Source: Rhodocyclales bacterium
GTDB lineage: Bacteria; Pseudomonadota; Gammaproteobacteria; Burkholderiales; Rhodocyclaceae
Direction of reading: 5' to 3'
NCBI GenBank assembly: GCA_026399415.1
Contig: JAPLQZ010000213.1
Span: 2,738-66,737 of the forward strand
DNA length: 64,000 nucleotides
Position 1 is the first letter of the stretch. Each line of letters starts with the position of its first letter. Positions 60,166 through 64,000 of this stretch are shown one piece after another. The translations under genes and the position numbers were made by a program. The notes beneath the pieces are model-generated. The model did not search any database. It had not been told where the DNA came from and saw only the letters and a list, made by a program, of their open reading frames with translations.

Positions 60166-60867
60166 CTACTGAGCGCCGCGCCGGAAGCGGTAACCGCGGT
60201 AAGTGAAAATCATGCCGTCAGGGCTTATCTGCTCCAGCTTGAGATCAGGCGCCAGGGTGTCGCCTTCCCGCAGCATCCGGCCGTTGATGCTGACGAGCCG
60301 GTCGCCCGGTGTGCTCGAGTAGGCATGCACCGCTACCGACATGACGGGAAGCGTCTTGCGGATTGAGGCGGGCATATCCGGACTCGCCATGGGTTTCTTG
60401 CCCGACATCTCGTCAGCCCCGTCCAGGCTTGCAGCGGAGATTGCCGGCGACCCGTTGTGTGTCCTGGTGGCGACTGATGCGGATAGCTTCCGTGGTGGCG
60501 AAGGGACTGCGAGTACAGGGACAGACACTTTGGCGACCGGCGCGTCGTGTCGGGCCGGCTCCGCTTCGACCTTTGCCGGGGCTGCCGGCAACTGCGCCGC
60601 AAGCGGCAGGCTGGCGGGCAGCGCGATTGGTTTTGCCGCGATCGGCGCAACCATGATGACAGGTTCCGGCGCCATGGGCGGCACCGGGCGCAGCCAGGCG
60701 ATGGTCGTGCCGACGGCAATAACCACGGTCACCCCGAGCAGGCCATGGAAAAGCATCGGCGACCGTTCCGGCGCCACCGCCGCGACGGCTGCGTAAGTCA
60801 GGGTCGGCACCCCGCCGAGGCGTCGCTGCTGATCGGATTTCCTGAGGGCGTCAAGGATGTACGACAT
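60166..60867 (-). CDS. gspB: ExeB/GspB secretin-assembly protein
   Basis: MSYILDALRKS..R, TM, Pro/Ala linker, H.YS..P..R.V.ING..LREG. Confidence 0.88.
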   Translation of the reverse strand: MSYILDALRKSDQQRRLGGVPTLTYAAVAAVAPERSPMLFHGLLGVTVVIAVGTTIAWLRPVPPMAPEPVIMVAPIAAKPIALPASLPLAAQLPAAPAKVEAEPARHDAPVAKVSVPVLAVPSPPRKLSASVATRTHNGSPAISAASLDGADEMSGKKPMASPDMPASIRKTLPVMSVAVHAYSSTPGDRLVSINGRMLREGDTLAPDLKLEQISPDGMIFTYRGYRFRRGAQ

Positions 60868-62503
60868 GCCTGATGCCCTCCGCCTCACGAGCCAGTTTTG
60901 GTGCCGCTTCATCCCCGGCACCGCTCAGGCGCATCACCGTCTGGGGTCCGAGCTTGCTGTCGGGAACCAATCCCTGGGCGAGCTGGAATTGTTTCAGCCG
61001 GCGCACCAGCGTCTCGTCGAATACCGCGTCGGCAGGGACTTCCGCTGTCCTGTCCTGCGCCCGGGCGAGTTGCATGGCGAGCCAGTCCACGGTCGGCCCC
61101 CGCTCGCCCGACCGGAGCTTGTCGTTAAGCGCGGGCGGCGCACGCCACAACAGCGTGTAGTAGCCGGACCACTGCGCGGCGAGCGCGCTCAGGGCGACCG
61201 TCACGGTTTCGGTGCCGAGGGCGAAGCTCGCGCTGCGGTCGTCGAGCGCCGTCAGCGTGGCATAGAACTCAAGGCCGCGGTCGTCGCGCAATCGCAACAC
61301 GGCGGGCCGGTTCAGTTGCCGGATCTCGTCCAGTCCGCCGCGAGCGGTCTGACAGCGCAGCCCCAGACCTTCGGCCTGACGGCATGAGTTCTGCTCCTGA
61401 TCCCTGGCCCCCCAGGCCCGGAACAAAGCGGCGTAGGCCATGGCCCGGCTTTGCGCGCGTGGCTGCTCGGCCGGCCAGTCGAGGGTCTCCGCCAGCGCTA
61501 CTGCCGGCTTGGGCGCAGCTTGCGGCGCCGGCGCGGAAAGCGCGACGGGTGCCGCGGCAACACGGAGCGGGGGTGCCGCCGGAGCGGGACTGTTCCGCTC
61601 CTGATACTGCTGTACGGCCGTCGCAACGCCGCCGCCGGTCACCAGAATCAGCACGAACAGGAGGGGCCGCAGCAACGAAGGGCTGTGTCGCGCCGGCCGG
61701 TACAGCACTTCGTTCGCCGCCTGTGTCAGCGTCGCGCGGCTGACCTGCTCCTTGCCTTGCACATAGGAGCCCAGCAGCGCCCGGTCGCACAGCACGTTGA
61801 TGATCCGGGGTACGCCTCCGCTCAGGCGATACAAGGTGCCCATGAGCGACGCGGGAAACAGCTGGCGCTTGGCGCCCGATACTTCCAGCCGATGGCCGAC
61901 ATAGGCGGCAACCTCCGCCCGGGTGAGCGGCCCCAGATGGTAGCGGGCCACAATGCGCTGCGCCAGTTGGCGCAGCTCGGGCCGGTCCAGCATCGCCGCC
62001 AGTTCGGGCTGGCCGAGAAGGATGATCTGCAGCAGCTTGCGCTGGTTGGTTTCCAGGTTGGTGAGCAGGCGCATCTGCTCCAGCACGTCGGCCGAAAGGT
62101 TCTGCGCCTCGTCGATGATCAGCACCGTGCTCCTGCCCCGGGCATGGGCGTCGAGCAGATAAGCGTTGATGCAGTCGATGAACACCTTGATGCTGGTATT
62201 GCCGGGCGGATAGTCGATGTGGAATTCGACGCAGATGGTCGACAACAACTCCGCCGCGGTCAGCTTGGGATTGAAGATGTAGGCCACGTCGCAGGATTCG
62301 GGAATCTGCTCGAGCAGGCAGCGGCAGATGGTGGTCTTGCCCGCCCCCACTTCGCCGGTGAGGAGCACGAAACCACCGTCGCCGCCGAGACCGTAGAGCA
62401 AATGAGCGAGCGCCTCCTGATGACGCTGGCTCATGTAGAGATAGCGCGGATTCGGCGCGATGGTGAACGGCGCTTCGGCGAGGCCGAAATGGCTCTGGTA
62501 CAT
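60851..62503 (-). CDS. exeA: ExeA AAA ATPase with peptidoglycan-binding domain
   Basis: MY..HFGL...PF.I.P.P, GEVGAGKT, IIDEAQ, GQPEL, GVPR.IN; FQ..QGL..D. Confidence 0.92.
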   Translation of the reverse strand: MYQSHFGLAEAPFTIAPNPRYLYMSQRHQEALAHLLYGLGGDGGFVLLTGEVGAGKTTICRCLLEQIPESCDVAYIFNPKLTAAELLSTICVEFHIDYPPGNTSIKVFIDCINAYLLDAHARGRSTVLIIDEAQNLSADVLEQMRLLTNLETNQRKLLQIILLGQPELAAMLDRPELRQLAQRIVARYHLGPLTRAEVAAYVGHRLEVSGAKRQLFPASLMGTLYRLSGGVPRIINVLCDRALLGSYVQGKEQVSRATLTQAANEVLYRPARHSPSLLRPLLFVLILVTGGGVATAVQQYQERNSPAPAAPPLRVAAAPVALSAPAPQAAPKPAVALAETLDWPAEQPRAQSRAMAYAALFRAWGARDQEQNSCRQAEGLGLRCQTARGGLDEIRQLNRPAVLRLRDDRGLEFYATLTALDDRSASFALGTETVTVALSALAAQWSGYYTLLWRAPPALNDKLRSGERGPTVDWLAMQLARAQDRTAEVPADAVFDETLVRRLKQFQLAQGLVPDSKLGPQTVMRLSGAGDEAAPKLAREAEGIRHVVHP

Positions 62504-62564
62504 GGCGGTCATGGCGCGGGACTTTCCTGTGACCCCCATGCTGTTCCGCACCAGTCGCGCTGTA

Positions 62565-62580
62565 TGTGCGCCAGCGAACA
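62565..62580 (-). promoter_or_regulatory. Operator TGTGCG-CCAG-CGAACA; CAGCAT at 62543 (-)
   Basis: Upstream of exeA. Confidence 0.7.
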
Positions 62581-62618
62581 CATCGACTCAATGACGATTA
62601 CCGCCCGACGTGCGCCTG

Positions 62619-63443
62619 CTATCTTGTCGTGGCGAAGGCCAGCTCCGACCTGCGGACTTCGGCCTGGAGGTGCTCGGAGGAATCCCGGAAGCTTTGCGAC
62701 CACGAGCCCTGATCCAGCGCTACAGGCTCCAGCAGCAGGGTCAAAGAGATGTCGCGCAGGTGAAAGCCTGCCGCCTGAAGCAGGTCAAGCGCTATGGCAT
62801 CGGCTTCGAGCGCCTGCACTTTCAGCTGACTCTTGGCCGCAATCCCCGACCCACCGGCAGACATCAGGGTCTTCAGCAAGCTGCTGCCGGGGATGAGAAT
62901 GTTCATGATCACTGAAGTGGCGATGCCGGCAGCCGAATTTTCTTCATGATGACGCGCGATCACGTGGCCCATTTCGCGTGCAATGACGAAGGCCAACCAA
63001 TCGTCGTAAGGCTTCCGGGCGCCAAGTCCTGCATTGAGCGCGATTCTTCCGTTGGCGCTGGACGCGCTGCCCGGTTCATCGCCATCGACGACATAGACAT
63101 CGAAATGGCTGCCGACCATTCCCGGCAGGCGTTGTGTCAGGTCAGGATACTGAAACTCCGCACCTTTTTGCAGAACGCCGGTGACCCGCTGCACTTGCAA
63201 CGCGAAGCGCGTTGCCGCATCCCTGTCCGCCTGCGTCGGACAACTCGCTTCCTCGCAGCCCGCATCCCGCCGGGAGCCGGTGGTCATTGTGAATGAGATA
63301 TCCGCATGAGCGGAGGCCAGAGGCAAATCAACCATCCGCGCGCGATCCTCGTTCTGCACCGTCGCGCAGCCCGTCAGACCGAGGTACGCAATCGCAACAG
63401 ACAATCGCAGGAGGCTTGCGCGCGGCGCTGTTCCCTGCCGCAT
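62619..63443 (-). CDS. M48-family peptidase-like lipoprotein (HExxH altered to RExxH)
   Basis: Lipobox LTGC; G.I.LN.GL..LAFVIAREMGHVIARH..EAD..A. Confidence 0.75.
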   Translation of the reverse strand: MRQGTAPRASLLRLSVAIAYLGLTGCATVQNEDRARMVDLPLASAHADISFTMTTGSRRDAGCEEASCPTQADRDAATRFALQVQRVTGVLQKGAEFQYPDLTQRLPGMVGSHFDVYVVDGDEPGSASSANGRIALNAGLGARKPYDDWLAFVIAREMGHVIARHHEENSAAGIATSVIMNILIPGSSLLKTLMSAGGSGIAAKSQLKVQALEADAIALDLLQAAGFHLRDISLTLLLEPVALDQGSWSQSFRDSSEHLQAEVRRSELAFATTR

Positions 63444-63543
63444 ACCTGCTTCAAGCCGTCGAGAAGTGCACAACATGATGGAAACTTTCCAGGAGCCTTC
63501 GCAATATCGAACGCTCACAATGCAACGAAGCGCGCCCGCGCTC

Positions 63544-63559
63544 TGTTCGCTAACGTACC
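63544..63559 (-). promoter_or_regulatory. Operator TGTTCG-CTAA-CGTACC; CATTGT at 63522 (-)
   Basis: Upstream of the M48-like gene. Confidence 0.6.
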
Positions 63560-63818
63560 CAGATGACGCAGGCATTGGCTGCGCGATATCTTCCATCTCG
63601 CACAGGTTGCCGACGTGGCGCGGAAATCGCCGCCACGGCACAATCAACGAATCTCGATACGGAAAATTGTCGCTAGGCGTTGCAACGTTCCTCCGCCGCT
63701 TCCCCCGCGCAAGAACCCGTCCCTCAGCCCAAGTCACTCGACCGGATCTGATCGCTCCAGATAGTTGGTTCGCGTCTGGTTGGGTCAGCGCGGGCAGCGG
63801 CTTGCGCTGCGCCGGCCC

Positions 63819-63998
63819 TCAACCGGGGCCGGATTGGCGTAATGCGGCAATAACCGCCTGGAGTCGATGACCTTGATCCGCCGTGATGTGCGTGCAGCCG
63901 AAGGCGGCTGCGGTCAATTGTGAAATGTCCGGCGGGGCCGGACTCGCGGATTTCCGTCCCTCCAGGGCATTCTTCAGCGCCTGGAGTTTCAGTGCGCG
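63819..63998 (-). CDS. Possible C-terminus of a gene entering from the right edge
   Basis: Open frame RALKLQALKNALEGRK...QAVIAALRQSGPG*. Confidence 0.35.
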   Translation of the reverse strand, partial: RALKLQALKNALEGRKSASPAPPDISQLTAAAFGCTHITADQGHRLQAVIAALRQSGPG

Positions 63999-64000
63999 CC

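Noticed and set aside
1508-63559. Palindromes as CRISPR repeats, attC sites or REP elements
   Set aside because: Not regularly spaced, no cas or integrase gene, only 16 bp long, and located at 5' ends with a fixed -10 spacing rather than at 3' ends.

Overview
High-GC, probably betaproteobacterial (Rhodocyclales-like; inference from gene content) chromosome segment. Bases 1-1434 hold the core algH(yqgE)-ruvX(yqgF)-pyrR operon. The remaining ~62 kb is an accessory region with four components. (1) Signalling: HD-GYP, GGDEF, several PAS hybrid kinases, a CheB/CheR fusion and two convergent Crp/Fnr-family regulators. (2) General-stress and envelope small proteins: 3 BON/OsmY, 2 CsbD, DUF883, DUF3309, lmo0937, OsmB-like, encapsulated-ferritin-like, cardiolipin synthase, AI-2E, YihY and OmpA. 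(3) A gspC-N type II secretion cluster followed by an Ig-like/DUF3494 ice-binding lipoprotein, with exeAB lying far away. (4) A MITE. The strongest unexplained signal is a 16-bp palindrome, TGT(G/A)CG-N4-CG(C/T/A)ACA, found by eye about 20 times, at or just upstream of the 5' ends of transcription units. It is usually followed 21 bp later by an NAnnnT -10 hexamer, the class II (-41.5) CRP-type activator geometry. This suggests the whole region is a single regulon run by its own uncharacterised Crp/Fnr protein(s), coupling a general-stress gene set to a T2SS and an ice-binding surface protein. Several kinases carry deletions, duplications or frameshifts, which may be real decay or assembly artefacts. 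All calls are by-eye motif recognition without database searches.
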